DNA from: Schmidtea nova
Lineage: Eukaryota
Assembly (NCBI GenBank): GCA_044892505.1
Contig: CM097883.1
Span: 424,514,001 to 424,578,000, forward strand
Length of the DNA stretch: 64,000 nt
Reading direction: 5' to 3'
Below are positions 14,131 through 28,504 of the stretch, piece by piece. Under the pieces are notes generated by a model. The model saw only the letters and a list, made by a program, of their open reading frames with translations. It did not search any database and was not told the DNA's origin. How positions within the stretch are numbered: the first letter of the stretch is position 1; each line of letters begins with the position of its first letter. Both the position numbers and the translations under genes were made by a program.

Positions 14131-14608
14131 TCTCATGTTCACAATCCAATAAAACTTTTATTAACCATAGTAAAATTAATTAAAATCTCTCAAAATGCAT
14201 GTAGATATTGCATTTTGTATGTTTATTTTAGGATTAAATGATATTATCATCAAAGCCTCACAATTCACACGTTCATAATAATTTTTAAAACCCCTAGAAA
14301 TTTCCAATTTCAAAGTCACTGGTAAAAAATTATTAATTTTTATCATAAGTGAGACACAGATTTTAGAAGTATTTTTTAAAAAAAAAGAAAGGTTGATTGA
14401 TTACAATTTATTATTAGAGTTTATACTATGCTCTAATTATGCGCCAAAAATGCTCTAGTTATTCTCAATTTAAAATAGTATATAAAATAAAATATAATAT
14501 ATAAAAAACTTATCAATATCATTGAGTTCTCTAATTCAACAGATTGCAGTCTCGGATATTTTTTTCCAAATAAACCTATTTTCATTTCAATTATATAAAA
14601 TAATTCAA

Positions 14609-14666
<58 letters not shown>

Positions 14667-15059
14667 CAAATATAATTCGTTCAAAATATTTTGAAATATA
14701 TTATTTATTTTTTATCACCGAGAAACAGGATGTCATTTAAAACTGATGAATCCATTGCAAACCTATAATAATTAAATATTGCTACTGTTTTATTAAAAAA
14801 TTTGTTTAATTTATTTATCAACTTAGATGCATTTATTTTCACTTTGAGTTGTCCATGTAATTTGTTTACAATTTAAGTTAAAATGAATTAAATGTCTAAA
14901 TCATAATAATGAAAAAAATAATTAGTAATTAAACTTTATTTAAATTTGTTTAATTAAAGTCAAAAAACTCAAAAATATATATTTTAAATCATTAAAATTG
15001 AAAAAAATAAGTTACTATCATAATTATCTTTTTGGTTCACCCTTGATCTGTTTTTATTT

Positions 15060-15230
15060 ATATCAATGATTTCCATAATGAAAAGACTAGATCAAAGTTT
15101 TTTTTTAAAAGTACACAATATTTTGGCACAGCCTTTATCAAGTGTGTATAAATGCTGTACCGAAATATTGTGTACTTTTCTAAAAAAGTTTTGATCTATA
15201 GTCTTACCATTATGAAAATTATTGATATAA
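15060..15230. repeat. Second copy of the palindromic foldback family seen at 8159
   Basis: TTTCCATAATG...TAGATCAAA...CACAATATTT.GGCACAG arm with inverted partner. Confidence 0.6.
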
Positions 15231-16932
15231 ATTATAAGTTAGGTTTTTAATATTCATTCAATTTACATAATATTAATATAATTTAAATAATCTGCAAAAT
15301 GTTGTTTTTCAAGATTAATTAAAATTTCTAGAAATCAAGAATAAAATATTTTTTAATATCAAAATTATTTGGAATCATATTCAACAGTTAGATATTAATA
15401 CACTAGAACAAGAACAGCACCCCTTGTATAATTATATTTTAAAATTATTTCTCCTTTACAAGTAACATAGTGATAACTTCATGGTGAAAAGGTGTTGTGT
15501 AAGGCAGTAAACTCATCACATGGCTAAATTTCTATATTCTTGGTCTAGGTCTTGAAGTTTTATATACTTACAATATAGTAATTTTTGCTGAGGTGTTTAG
15601 GTCATGATTGGTTTTCAAATAAAGAAATTACTTAAATTGGAGCACGTTATTCCATACTAGTTTTGTAAAAAACTTTGTGCGTTTCAACCCTTTTAAACCT
15701 CATCCAGTATATTTTCAAACATTTAATAATTTCTCCGCCAGTATTTTTTATCCTGTTTGATATTGCTTCTTCTAGACATTTGGTTGAATCAAAATCTTCT
15801 TGGTTCATTTCATACAAAATGAAGCTATTTTTTTGGGTAAGTCTTTATTACATTATAATAGTCTTGAGGAATATAAAATTTATCCTTTATCTTTAATGCT
15901 GATCCACCAAACCATGCATTCATAAATTCAAAAGTTCCCAAATTATTGAGTTTCATTAATTTCAACTGTCGCAAAGGAGAGATAAATTTTCAAGTCATTT
16001 CATATGGGAAAATCATAGAATAAATCAACCGTGTCGAATTATAAATCAATGGACAAAGCCAGAACAGAATGTTTGTGAAAAGCCTGATGAATATCAATAT
16101 ACTCCCTCAACGTAGAGATCCGAGGAGTAGTGAATTTTAACACAAGCTGTTGCCAGTCCTGAGGAAAATACCACACATTAGGAAGCTCGGTTGACTAAAC
16201 GATGATTGGTTAAGGGAGGGATGAATGACGGGAATCGGATAAATGATGTTTGGAGAGTTACATTGTGGTTCTTAAACACTTCATTTTCTGAAGATCTAAT
16301 TATTGCCTTGCATAGTTTAGATCAAAAATATCATTGTGCTTCTAGAAGAAAGTCAGTATCAGAATAGTCACTATGGAGCCCAGAAAATCGATTTCATCGG
16401 TAGAAACCAACATCTTGGCTCGTAGACAATGTCACCCTTGAAATCCAAAGGCGTTTCCAAAAACCCGTAGAAGCAGGATAATTCTTTTGATTTTCAACGC
16501 ATATATTATAGCACTTCAGAAAATACTATAGTCCTAGTACGCAATACACGGGGACGTTACTTCATGATTTGTTGCACTGAATTACATTTTTTGTAGCGTA
16601 TATGAAATTGTCATCAAATGAAAAAATAAGAACATGATCATTAAAATACAATCCATTGGCATAAGTAATTAATTGAAATGAATTAAAAATTGAATTAAAG
16701 GTGTGGACACTAAAAGAATAACAGGGTACACAATGTGTAACTTATAGAAGATCCAAGAAGGATAATAAAGATATCAAACCATTGGTCAAAACATTGAAAT
16801 CCAGGTAAAAGTGAGTGTTATTTTATTGTGTAATGTTTCGGTACTCGGTTATAGTGAAAACAAAACTATTGGCCATTGCTGCTGTGCTTCAAATATTGCA
16901 ATTGTAAAAGTTAAATATCTAATATATGTTAA

Positions 16933-17163
16933 CCCTTTCTAAGGCAAAGGAAACTAAAAGTGATGTAAAACTCAAAGTTTATTAATAATAATTATATAGT
17001 TACAAATGATCATAAAAAAATAAAAACATAGAAAAAAACAAAAGAAGCTCAATATATGTCAGTAGTTGTACCAAAAGTAAAAATGATTACCGACAGCGTT
17101 ACACTTAGATATTTTTATTAGTTTAAAATGGTGTACAGTATATTGCCACCACCTTAGAAAGGG
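16933..17163. mobile_element. piggyBac-type MITE
   Basis: TIR CCCTTTCTAAGG / CCTTAGAAAGGG flanked by TTAA. Confidence 0.8.
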
Positions 17164-17647
17164 TTAAGGAGATTTTTGGTATTTATCTACGAACTTTAGG
17201 AGTAAGAGAGAAACCGACTCTACTTATTTGTCAATTAAAACACAGCATTATTATAATTTAAATTCTTTTGCATTTGATCACATCTTTCTGTCCATTGAAT
17301 TTACATGTAAATTAAATGCATAAAAATGATTTTTCAGTGAAACTATTTCCTTTCAGCATTTTAACTATGTCATATAAAAATCGTTCACGAGTAAATTAGT
17401 AATTCATTGTAACAGTTTAATATAAAAATTATTATTAAATTGTGGTTTTTTTGATACCAGCATTAATTAAATAATTAATAGATAACAAGATAAACCTTTG
17501 CTGCAGTTTTGCATTAAAATTTTCGATTATTAAATAAGGAATATATTTTATAATTGAAAGTTTTCACTCGATAAAACTTGTTATTTATCAATCTTTTAAT
17601 AATAAATTATTTTGTTTGTTATAATTTAATATTTTAATTTATTTTAA

Positions 17648-18679
17648 CATCTTAACACCGAACAATGCAAATTCGCGACATACTTTTTCTGTAATTATTT
17701 GCGCGGAAAAATTTTTTTTTCGAGCTGAGGCGTAACTAGGGTATGGCAGGCATGGCACGTGCCATGGGCGCCAACTGAAGGGGGCGCGAAAAAGCGCCTA
17801 ACGTATAATTACTCAAATGAAAATAAAAAAATTATTTTATAGATATAAATATGTGTATTAAAAAACTGCGTAGGAAAAAGCACGCATTCGTTTTTCGTTT
17901 GTTTACAGGAAATTGATGAAAAATTTGGATTTCTTCTTGATATGGAAGGGTTGTGTTTTAAAGCCGAAACAAGCTACTTGAAAGAGCGTTGTGAAAATTT
18001 TGGAGAAGCCTACAGTTGTGATGTGGATGGGCAAGAATTATATGAAGAAATTTTGGATTTTAGAACGCTGCTAACAAGCCGTACCGAAAAAATATCAAGC
18101 CCCGAACAATTACTTAATTTTATAGTTCAGTATGGAGATGAAAACGTTTTTCCCAATATGCGTATAGCATTGCAAATATTGCTGACAATCGCGGTTTCTA
18201 TTGCCAGTTGCGAAAGATCATTTAGCAAATTAAAATTGATACTTTCATATTTGAGAGCCTCGATGGGCCAAAGTCGATTATGTGATCTTGCTTTACTTAG
18301 CATAGAACGATAAATGACCGAAGAAATTGACTTTGATAATATAATTAAAATAATTTGCGTCAGCTAAAGCAAGAAAGATAAATTTGTAATGAAGTGTTAA
18401 TAGATTTACCTTGTGTGCTTTTTTTACCCAATTCTAAAGTAGTTTTTTAGAAAATAAAACGTAAGTAACCTATCATCGGGGAGGGGCGCAAGATCGGTGT
18501 TTGCCATAGGCGTCATTTACCCTAGGTACGCTACTGTTTTCGAGCCATGGTCGGATGTAGTATATTTAGTACAGTTATATCTTAAGAAATAACTATAATA
18601 TCTTTTTATATTGTTATGTTTTTATGAAAAAAATATTTTATTAATTAATAAAAAATTAATTAATTCAGGCGTTAAGAGG
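17648..18679. mobile_element. piggyBac-type MITE hosting a hAT insertion
   Basis: TTAA-CATCTTAACACC ... GGCGTTAAGAGG-TTAA. Confidence 0.55.
17725..18536 (+). mobile_element. Internally deleted hAT transposon retaining the C-terminal dimerisation domain
   Basis: 8-bp TSD TTTTCGAG (17717-17724, 18537-18544); TIR CTGAGGCGTAACTAGGG vs CAGTAGCGTACCTAGGG; ORF 17942-18313 with LLTIAVSIASCERSFSKLKLILSYLR. Confidence 0.9.
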
Positions 18680-19273
18680 TTAATTTATTTTTATTTACTA
18701 TAATTCATTGTAATTCAGATAAATTATTTAAATTTTAAAAAGAATTTAGATTTTTGATTCGTTTTTTGACAATTTTTATTCCTATTATTGAATTAGTTTA
18801 AATATATTTATTCTAATAATTTCATTTCATTGATAATTTAAATATAATAGTACTTATGTTAATAAATAGTATTAAGATATATTAAATTATTGGTTTCCTT
18901 TTAAAGATTTTCAAAAAATATCATAATTAACAAAGAAAAACGAAAAATTATGAATCGAAAAAATAATTAAATAGATAAATAACACGCACAATTATTTTCT
19001 AGTGTGAATAAATAAAAAATAAATATATCGCTTATATAGGCAATATGTCAAAAATCTTTTTCTATTTTAAACACTGAACAATAAAGGATAAATAACAACA
19101 CAAATTTATTGCATATAAAATAGATTGGTGCTGCGTTTTATTGTCTTGTTTGAACTACATCTTCCTTTGCATTTTTCTGCTTCTTTTATGAATATTATAA
19201 CAATTTATTTTATTTAAATTATAATTTTTTATATATAATGTATTATAAATATATATATTTTAATTTAGTATAT

Positions 19274-20660
19274 TCAGGATATTATAAATATGCAAAAAGC
19301 AGAGGCATTACAATAGCCCGCCGAAGTATGCGGAACGTATGGGGATTGAAAGAAACGGAAGAGGATCAATTTTCGACGGTAATGTTTAGCAGGTAATATG
19401 CGAGTTATTGTTGTGGGCGGCGGATGCGGATGGTTGTGTATGAGCTGGGTAAAGGGTCGTTGGGCGGAGTAGAAGCGAGGCATTCAGTACCGGGGGTGGA
19501 ACATAGCAAGGATCTTCCTCGAAATCTTCTTCGACTGGGAGGTGGAGGAGGTAGGTTGTGTTGATTATTTAGAACGAGAGTAGGTTTGAGGCGCTTCAAG
19601 CTGATAATGTGTGGTGCACCATCGATATCTAACTATGTAGTGATTTTGAAATGTGTTATCACTGGGAAACATCCTTTGTAGCGGGGTTTCATGTTTGAAA
19701 TATCGACACATTTTAACCAGGCGTGTGAAGCTGAGAGAAGTGACTCTGGGATGTATGGTTTGTACAGTTGACGTTTGTATATTGCAAATGGTCGAGCAAG
19801 ACTGTGTTGTGGTGTATAATGAACGGTTGTGATGAAATGAACGGATTCTTTGCTAGGGGTGTGTGTAATAGACTTGGGTAGGAGGTTCTTGAAATGTGTG
19901 ATAATGACGGAATCTACGTTGTCGACTGTTAACGGAATTATTGTTGATTGTTGCTGAATCCTGGAAACTGGTTCAGGGACTTGATTTATAAGCCTTTTTA
20001 CAGTCGATGTGTACTGCTTCGTTTGTTAGGAAGTTGAGGTCTAGTATAGGGAATGTGATATCGGCAATGTAAAAGGAGTGTGAAAAGAGTTTCGGAAAAT
20101 GTGGAAGGCGAAATGAGATTGTCTTTGTACGAGATAGCGATATGTGTGTACCGTTCGCGGCAAGCGCGGAGGAGGAGCAAGGTATGTCTGCTGTGAAGGT
20201 GGTAGGTAGGATAGAATAGGAAAAGCCTGTGTCTACGACTAGTGTTAGGGGGCGTTAGTTGAACTGTTCGGAGGTGTTGCATAGTTGAGCGTTGATAACG
20301 ACGTTTCCAGTGATTCCGTGTGAAGTGAGTGGAGTTTTGGCGATCGGTGTTGCGGTAAGTAGTGTGTTAAATGTGGTGCGTGGTGTTTGTGGTGGAGGCA
20401 GCGTGTTGCTTGTAAGAAAGTCGTCATCGGGCGGGATATGTGGTGCTGTAGTTGGTGCAATGGATGGTGTGGTGAGTGGTGCTGTGCGAGATGACTGTGA
20501 TGTGGAGAGAGAAGCGCTTGTTCCTGAAATGATGTTTGTTGGCGGGGTTGATATTGTGCGTTTTGGACTTGTTTTCACTGACTGGAAGTCATCGAGGCGT
20601 CCAGGGATATCCAATGACTTGATTAATTTTTTGACGAGGCAGGTGTGTGATGTAAAATAA
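19274..20660 (-). pseudogene. Degenerate ORF containing a retropepsin (Ty3/gypsy-type aspartic protease)
   Basis: After the stop of ORF 20255-20614 the same frame reads LTLVVDTGFSYSILP...ALAANGTHI...FSHSFYIADITFPILDLNFL. Confidence 0.6.
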
Positions 20661-21420
20661 AATTTTTAAACAAAAATTTCAAACAAATTATAAATATATA
20701 TATATATTTTCATGGTCATAATATTTTTACAACGACATAGTTAACATTGTAACGCAGATGCAAGTTAACAAAGACATTGCAATGCAAGTTAACAAAGACA
20801 TTAGTAATAATAAATACAAAGACTAAATAATTAAATTTATTTATAAATATAACGTTGGGTACGTGTACAAAGTTTCGAATCAAAATTATTCATATCAAAA
20901 TTATTCATAGGAATATTATTTACAGGAATATTATTTATAGGAATATTATTCTTAGGAATATTTGATATTTTCTCTGACCTTATCGAAGTTGATAATATCA
21001 AGATCACGATTAATCAATAAACTTATATAATGGAATACTAATACTGCTTTTTCGTTTTCAATTTCAACTCTTTGATTTCGACATCTGACTTGTTCATATT
21101 GTTTTTTAATAAATGATTGATTCGGACATTTGACTCTTTCATAGATTTTGATAATCATTTTTTTCCATTTCATTATTAATCAAATCATTTTTGAAGGACA
21201 CTGATCACATTGTAATCGTATTTAGCTGCATTCAATGTTTAAGTGAACANNNNNNNNNNNNNNNNNNNNNNNNNNNNNNNNNNNNNNNNNNNNNNNNNNN
21301 NNNNNNNNNNNNNNNNNNNNNNNNNNNNNNNNNNNNNNNNNNNNNNNNNNNNNNNNNNNNNNNNNNNNNNNNNNNNNNNNNNNNNNNNNNNNNNNNNNNN
21401 NNNNNNNNNNNNNNNNNNNN

Positions 21421-22110
21421 NTAATTAAACAAAGACATTTGAATACCAAAAACCTTAACAAAGATATTTCAATGATAAAATACCTTAACAAAGACAATTC
21501 AATGCCAAATTCTTTAACAAAGACAAGTCAATGCCAAAAAAACTTAACAAAGACATTCCAATGCCAAAGTAACTAAACGAAGACATTTCATTGGTTAAAT
21601 AACTAAAAAAAGACATTTCAATGACAAAATACCTTAACAAAGACAATTCAATGCCAAAATACCTTAAAAAGTCAATTCAATGCCAAAATAACTAAACAAA
21701 TACATTTTAATGCCAAAGACCTTAACAAAGACATTTCGATGCAAAAACAAAGACATTTCATTGGTTAAATAATTAAACAAAGAAAATACAATGCCAAAAA
21801 CATCTTAACAAAGACAATTCAATAGCAAAAAACTTAACAAAGACATTTCAATGCCAAAGTAACTAAACAAAGACATTTCATTGGTTAAATAATTAAACAA
21901 AGACATTTCATTGGTTAAATAACTAAACAAAGACATTTCAATGACAAAATACCTTAACAAAGACAATTCAATGCCAAAATACCTTAAAAAGTCAATTCAA
22001 TGCCAAAATAACTAAACAAATACATTTTAATGCCAAAATAATTAAACAAAAATATTTCGATGCCAAAATAACTATACAAAGACATTGTAATGCCAAAACA
22101 ACTAAACCAA
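21421..22110. repeat. ~30-bp minisatellite array (AACAAAGACATTTCAATGCCAAAA...)
   Basis: ~23 imperfect units; further units at 22860-23020, related copies at 20749-20800 and 23160-23450. Confidence 0.9.
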
Positions 22111-23061
22111 GACATTGTAGTTGGAGGTTTATATTGTGCTAATGGAATTTTATTGTGAATTGTTAAGGTTAATGGAGGGTTATGTTGTGATGAATGATGT
22201 GAATTGAAGTTGTCAATTAGTATTGTGTATAAATAATGTTTTTGGTTAATATAGTGTGTAGGATGTGTATTGAATGAGAGATTTGTAGAGCCCGAAAGAG
22301 TCTTCCGAAAACTGTGTGGAGACACTCGGGGTGCTTGTTATGTACATGCTTTTAGGTGTGTTTTGAGACAAAACAATAAAAGATTATAATAAAACAAAAA
22401 CAATATTTATAATTACAACTTGTATTTATTAAACAAATAAAAAATAACAAATACTCACAGTGGATACACAGTCTAAATAATTTTTCATATTTTCCATTCA
22501 ATTTTCTTTTGATATCAACTTTGAATTTTTTCTCAATCAATTCCTTTTAGAGATGATCTCATTGTCTTAGTTAAATTTTTATAATTTCTCCTTAGTAATA
22601 TTTTACTCAGTAATTTTTTTTAATGAATTCCCTATTTTTATGGGCTATTGATTTTTTCTAATTTAAATTATTATTCTTTTATTTAATTATTCTCTGTAAT
22701 TTTTGTTACAACGTAAATACAAAGGGAAGAAAAAATCATCCACAAGGATGCCCACGATAATGAAAGCGCTGACAACAATAATAATGATAATAAAAATAAA
22801 AATAACAATATTGGTATAACCTTTACAATAATAAAAATAACCCCAATGTTGATAAATCATTAACAAATTCAATGCCAAAATAACTAAACAAATACATTTT
22901 AATGCCAAAATAATTAAACAAAAACATTTCGATGCCAAAATAACTAAACACAAACATTGTAATGCCAAAACAACTAAACAAAGACATTGTAATGCCAAAA
23001 CACCTTAACAAAGTCATATCCTCAAAACTTCAAGAGATCAGAAAAAATTAAATACCCTAAC

Positions 23062-23110
<49 letters not shown>

Positions 23111-23666
23111 TTATTTATTTTCCTACCCATTTTGACACTACAATTCATGTTCAATATTAGTAGACATTAGAGTACAGATACAAGTTAACAAAGATATTGC
23201 AAGCCAGAATTACNNNNNNNNNNNNNNNNNNNNNNNNNNNNNNNNNNNNNNNNNNNNNNNNNNNNNNNNNNNNNNNNNNNNNNNNNNNNNNNNNNNNNNN
23301 NNNNNNNNNNNNNNNNNNNNNNNNNNNNNNNNNNNNNNNNNNNNNNNNNNNNNNNNNNNNNNNNNNNNNNNNNNNNNNNNNNNNNNNNNNNNNNNNNNNN
23401 NNNNNNCAATATTAACAAAGACATTGCACTACAGATGCAAGTTAACAAAGACAAGATGTAAAAAAATTTAATGACTAATAATTAATCAGAAAGTGCATTC
23501 TNNNNNNNNNNNNNNNNNNNNNNNNNNNNNNNNNNNNNNNNNNNNNNNNNNNNNNNNNNNNNNNNNNNNNNNNNNNNNNNNNNNNNNNNNNNNNNNNNNN
23601 NNNNNNNNNNNNNNNNNNNNNNNNNNNNNNNNNNNNNNNNNNNNNNNNNNNNNNNNNNNNNNNNNT

Positions 23667-23984
23667 ACCACAAGATTCACACTTATCCGAGTTTTTTAAA
23701 CATTTTGAACAAATAATGACATGTCTACAAGGTAAATATAAAATGCCAACTTTATTGATATTACATATTGAACATATGAGAAATCTTTGTTTGGTTTCTT
23801 CCAATTTATTGTTGACATTTACCTCTAAAATATCCACATTCAGCATGAAAGTTTGAATAAGAATACGATATTTTCCAAGTCGAAATCCCATGCATGACCA
23901 GAAAATGGTATTCAAATTGAATTCAGTAGAATCGATATCACTAGGAATCATAAAAAAATGGATTTCATCATAAATTTTTATCAT
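23667..23984 (-). CDS. Partial ORF with IAP/MDM2-type C3HC4 RING, cut by N-gap
   Basis: CSICNINKVGILYLPCRHVIICSKCLKNSDKCESC. Confidence 0.55.
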
Positions 23985-24165
23985 ATCCGAATGAGTCTGT
24001 TAAAACAATAATTAATTTATTATTGAAGGATTTAAATAATTTTGAAAGATGTCGATATCGCATTTCTCAATCGAAGTCAAAAGGCCATCAAGTATTAAAA
24101 ATGATTTGCTCAATTGTCCAAAGTAATGAAATTATCTGTAACCTAGTTTAAAATAATTAATTCAA

Positions 24166-24242
<77 letters not shown>

Positions 24243-27205
24243 AAACTAACATTTTTTGTTTCTTTATTCATTCACGTCAATCAATATTATTTACAAGTTG
24301 TATTTATATTGCACAAATCAACCATTTAAATAACCAGCCATTTTATTGACCAACCAATGATCGAAAGTTTTGCTAAACTGTTACATTGAAATGATAATAA
24401 GGGACATTGAAAATTAGGTAACAGTATATTTGTTATTAGAAATATAGTCATGTATGAAGCTTTTGCACATTAAAACCATCACAAAGTGATTTCTTCTACT
24501 AAGGTTCTGATAGCAAGGTTCTGCTAGCAAGGTTCGGTCACTATGATAAATACAAGAAACATTATCATATTATTGAGATAATCACACAAATTATTCTTAC
24601 ATTATAGTACAAATATATCAGAAATACATGAAATATACATTACATACATGAAATATCATTATACTATTGTGCACAATACATACAAAATGTCATCATACTA
24701 TAGTGCAATTACATAGAAAATCATTAAAAATACACACAAAATATCAAAAGTACATAAAAATTTGTCTCATTCAAAAACATCACGTATATGAAATACTATC
24801 AAAATTACACACAAAATACATAGAAATTCATAACACACGTACAAATTATCACCATAGTTTAGTAAATAAATTTACACACAAAATATCAGAAATACAAACA
24901 TACATACATAAAGTTTCATCTTACTATAGTTTGATAACATAGAAATTAGTTATTTTTACAATTTAAATTATTAAGTTTTATATCCTTTGCAATAAATTTT
25001 GCGTCTTTATTTATGAATTTTTGTGTAACTCCAACACTTTGTATAGAAAATTGAAAAATTAAGTGAATTTTTAAAATATTATATTAAAATAAAGAAATAC
25101 CCCTCTTCGATTTGATTAACTTATGGTTTTTATATTGGGGTTGTTAAAACATTCTTTTTTGATATAGTGTTTCCTTTATAAAATTGACCGGAATTAAATT
25201 TTTGTTGATCTGTCAGTAATACAATTATATTATGTCAATGCCTGATAATGTTAACAAATTTAAGAAGCGCGTGAAACTGATAATGGATGCATTGAGCTTA
25301 GCTCCATCTTGTTATCTATGAATCACGGAAGCTTATAAAATATTTTAAATTTTCTACTGTTCAAAAACAAGTTCTATCTGATGTTATAAAACCTGTTATA
25401 AAACAATGAAAAAGAGTTACATATACTGTTGAATTGCAAAACAACTCATTGGTTCATATTATTAAATGACTCCTTAAGTTAAAAATGCATAAAACAATTT
25501 TTGATTAACTTATTGGAAACGGAAGAAGGATATTACAGTGAACAGAACTTCGTAGTCTTAGAAAGTATGTTAAACATTATGAAATCAATTGAATTAGATG
25601 TAAAAGAGCTGAGTTACGAGCAAGCATTTCGTTTACCTGGCGAAGGTGTTCGTAGATTTATGTTTAAAAGTCTTAAGGATATTTACTCAGATTTGAGTAT
25701 TGAAATGTTAACCGCATTGAAAATTGTAATTTTAAAACGAAGAAGTAGTATCTCTGGTAAAAATTTCTATCAAACTCATCAATCTCCCGTGTTGATAACT
25801 TTAATGTTACTAACTAAGCTTCGAAACCAGCACTCATTACTTATCCAAAAGATAAAATGAGTTGACTGTTTGTAGCACCAAAAATGAAAAACGAGTGTCC
25901 TCGTCCAAATCTCCCAGCACAGAAAAGCTTTTGAATGCCAGTCACGCAATTGAAACAGCAGTAAGAGAGTTTTCTCAGTGGTTGGTACATTTTCAACACA
26001 ATTTCGAAGAAAGTTTTTATTTCTATTGTTAAGAAAATTTGGTATTCTTTAAATACTATTTTAATAATGAATTTAATATATAATATAACTATATTAATAT
26101 AATTATATACTTTCTTTTTACTAAATTAATATTGAATAAAATGAAGTTAAAAAATCTAAATATTATGATTTTATTCTTAATTTTAGAATCTCGCAAATAC
26201 TGGAATAATATCCGGATATCCGGATATTTCATGTTAAAACTTTTGGATATCCGGATACCAGAAAGTTCCGATAACTGGCATCTCTATTTTCAAGAGATTG
26301 GCTGGTTAATTACCTGCATTCATATCTGACGTATAGTCTCTCAAAAAATCCTCAGCAATAGAGCCTTTACAAGTAAAACAGTATGACATCACAGTGGAAA
26401 ACAAATAAAATTACAAATTTGTTGACGATCTTATCACAAACGTTGCAAGTCTTGAAAGTTCTTTTAATGTTTTTGCAGTACCATTGTTGAGCTCAAAACA
26501 CTTTCAAGATGAATATTGCTATTTCAGTATTTATAATAATATATACAAACACAATAAAAAAAGTGAAAATAAAAATAATATCAAAATAATTAATTGCAAA
26601 AAATAAATTAAAATTTATAAAAGATTAAACATTAATATTCATCGGGGAAAGGGGGTATGGTTAAACGCCAAATCGAATGACGAATCCAATAATAAAAATA
26701 CAAATAGAGTGAAGGGTCTCCAGAGAAAATTATTTAGAAAAAACAAATTAATTAAAATTAATTATTTGCCCAATGGGAAGCCCGAGACAATGGGAAACTC
26801 AAGCGATGAGGAAAACCCGGAGCGCAGTTGGTCGAAAAGAATAAAATTAAAATAATAAATTGCAGAATTCTGAGAAAGCTAAGAAAAGGAAGTAAGAAGC
26901 AATTTTAATAAACCTTATTCAAATAAAACGTACCAGAAAGGCGATTACCCCTTGGGTTATCTGCCTTAACGTTGAACCAAATCATATAACGAGAGAAAAT
27001 GCAAATTATTTGAAAATTGTAAATTGTATCAATTAAACAAATTTGTATCAAATACGAATGGTATTTAGTGGTGAATGTCAAATAAAATTGTTCTGTGTTG
27101 AGTTTTATTGATTTTTGATAAATAAAAGGACAAGAGGAGTCAGATTTAGCACCGATCTATTATTCAAATACGATAACTACACACATATATATATGTGTGT
27201 GTGTG

Positions 27206-28038
27206 TGTTAATGCTCTGTATTTTGATCATTATCATATTTATTATTGTTATTGTTGTTGTTGTTACCACTTAGACGATTGCGGACACCGGATAACCCCCT
27301 GTGTTCGGTGTTTGTCTGCAATCCAATTATTAAAGTCCCGGACGAGTGAGGCTATTAATATATTTTGTTATCAGTTTGTGAAAAGTAGGTTGTGGAGGGA
27401 TATGTGTTGTTTTATGGATGTTAAGAATATTGTATTTAAGTAAATGTTTGCTGTAGAGGAATTGTAGAGCCCGAGAGAGTCACCAATTTATGTTGGGACA
27501 CTCGGGGTGTTTGCTGTGTATCTGTGTGGTTTCGTGTGTAGGTGAATGCACTAACATATAACAAATAACAAATTTTCAACAAACAAATTTATTAACAATA
27601 TCACGATAAACTCAATAAAATTTAAAAACGGGTACTCACGTATTAACCGGATAATTTATAATATCAAAAAGGATCTGTATTTAGTTGAATCTTTCTTCAA
27701 CATAAAAGTCCATAAATTATAATTCTTTGTCATTTATTTATATCTTCTCAATTTCTTTAGATCAATTCCTTATTCTTTATTTAGTTGGGTTGCTTTAAAT
27801 ATACATATTTTATTTTTCTAATTAGTTTTTAATTTAATTCTTCTTAGTTATTTTTTAATCTTTTTAATCAATTTGTCTTTATTGATTTTTTTTGAACTCC
27901 GTTTTTTAATTTTAATTATTATTTCCTCGTCTAGAATTTTGCTCCAGTCTGCAGACAAACACCGAACACAGGGGGGGTTATCCGGTGTCCGCAATCGTCT
28001 AAGCGGTAACAACAACAAAAATCAAAATACACAGCATT

Positions 28039-28042
<4 letters not shown>
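27206..28042. mobile_element. Non-autonomous Ginger-like TIR element in a (TA/TG)n microsatellite
   Basis: ~100-bp TIRs starting TGTTA (CTTAGACGATTGCGGACACCGGATAACCCCC..GTGTTCGGTGTTTGTCTGCA); microsatellite flanks. Confidence 0.6.
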
Positions 28043-28069
<27 letters not shown>

Positions 28070-28504
28070 CGAAAAATTAAATATTTTTCGTATAGAATAA
28101 ATCGTTTTTTTCTCGTATTCAAAATCAACTAGATACTCCTTTTTGAAATTTATATAAATTTTATAAAGAAAAACAAAAAATTAAATAATAAATTTTCATT
28201 GTAAACAATATTAAGATCTACATGATCTTTACAAAACTTTTTTAACTAGAATCTAACACAAAAATACTTATAAATAGATGATAAATATTCTAACAAATCC
28301 GCAATATCACAACCTGTATTAAAACAATAAGTCTACAAACATCTAAAGCGTAAATATCATTAAAGTATCAGTAAAAATTATCATTTTAAACAAATTTAAA
28401 AATCACAACCGATGAAATTAAATTTTAAATTTTCACAACCATAAAACATCAAATTTCTTACTAAACTTTGTTTAATAATTAAAAATTTACTGTAAAAACT
28501 TTTT

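Noticed and set aside
15900-16480. Possible CR1/L2 LINE fragment
   Set aside because: GC-richer patch but no clear RT or endonuclease motif readable
21984-23017. ORFs with 10-aa periodicity (FSYFGIEM...)
   Set aside because: Translation of the 30-bp minisatellite
25501-25860. 119-aa ORF with a vague RhoGEF-like start (LLETEEGY)
   Set aside because: Similarity too short to support a call; left unassigned
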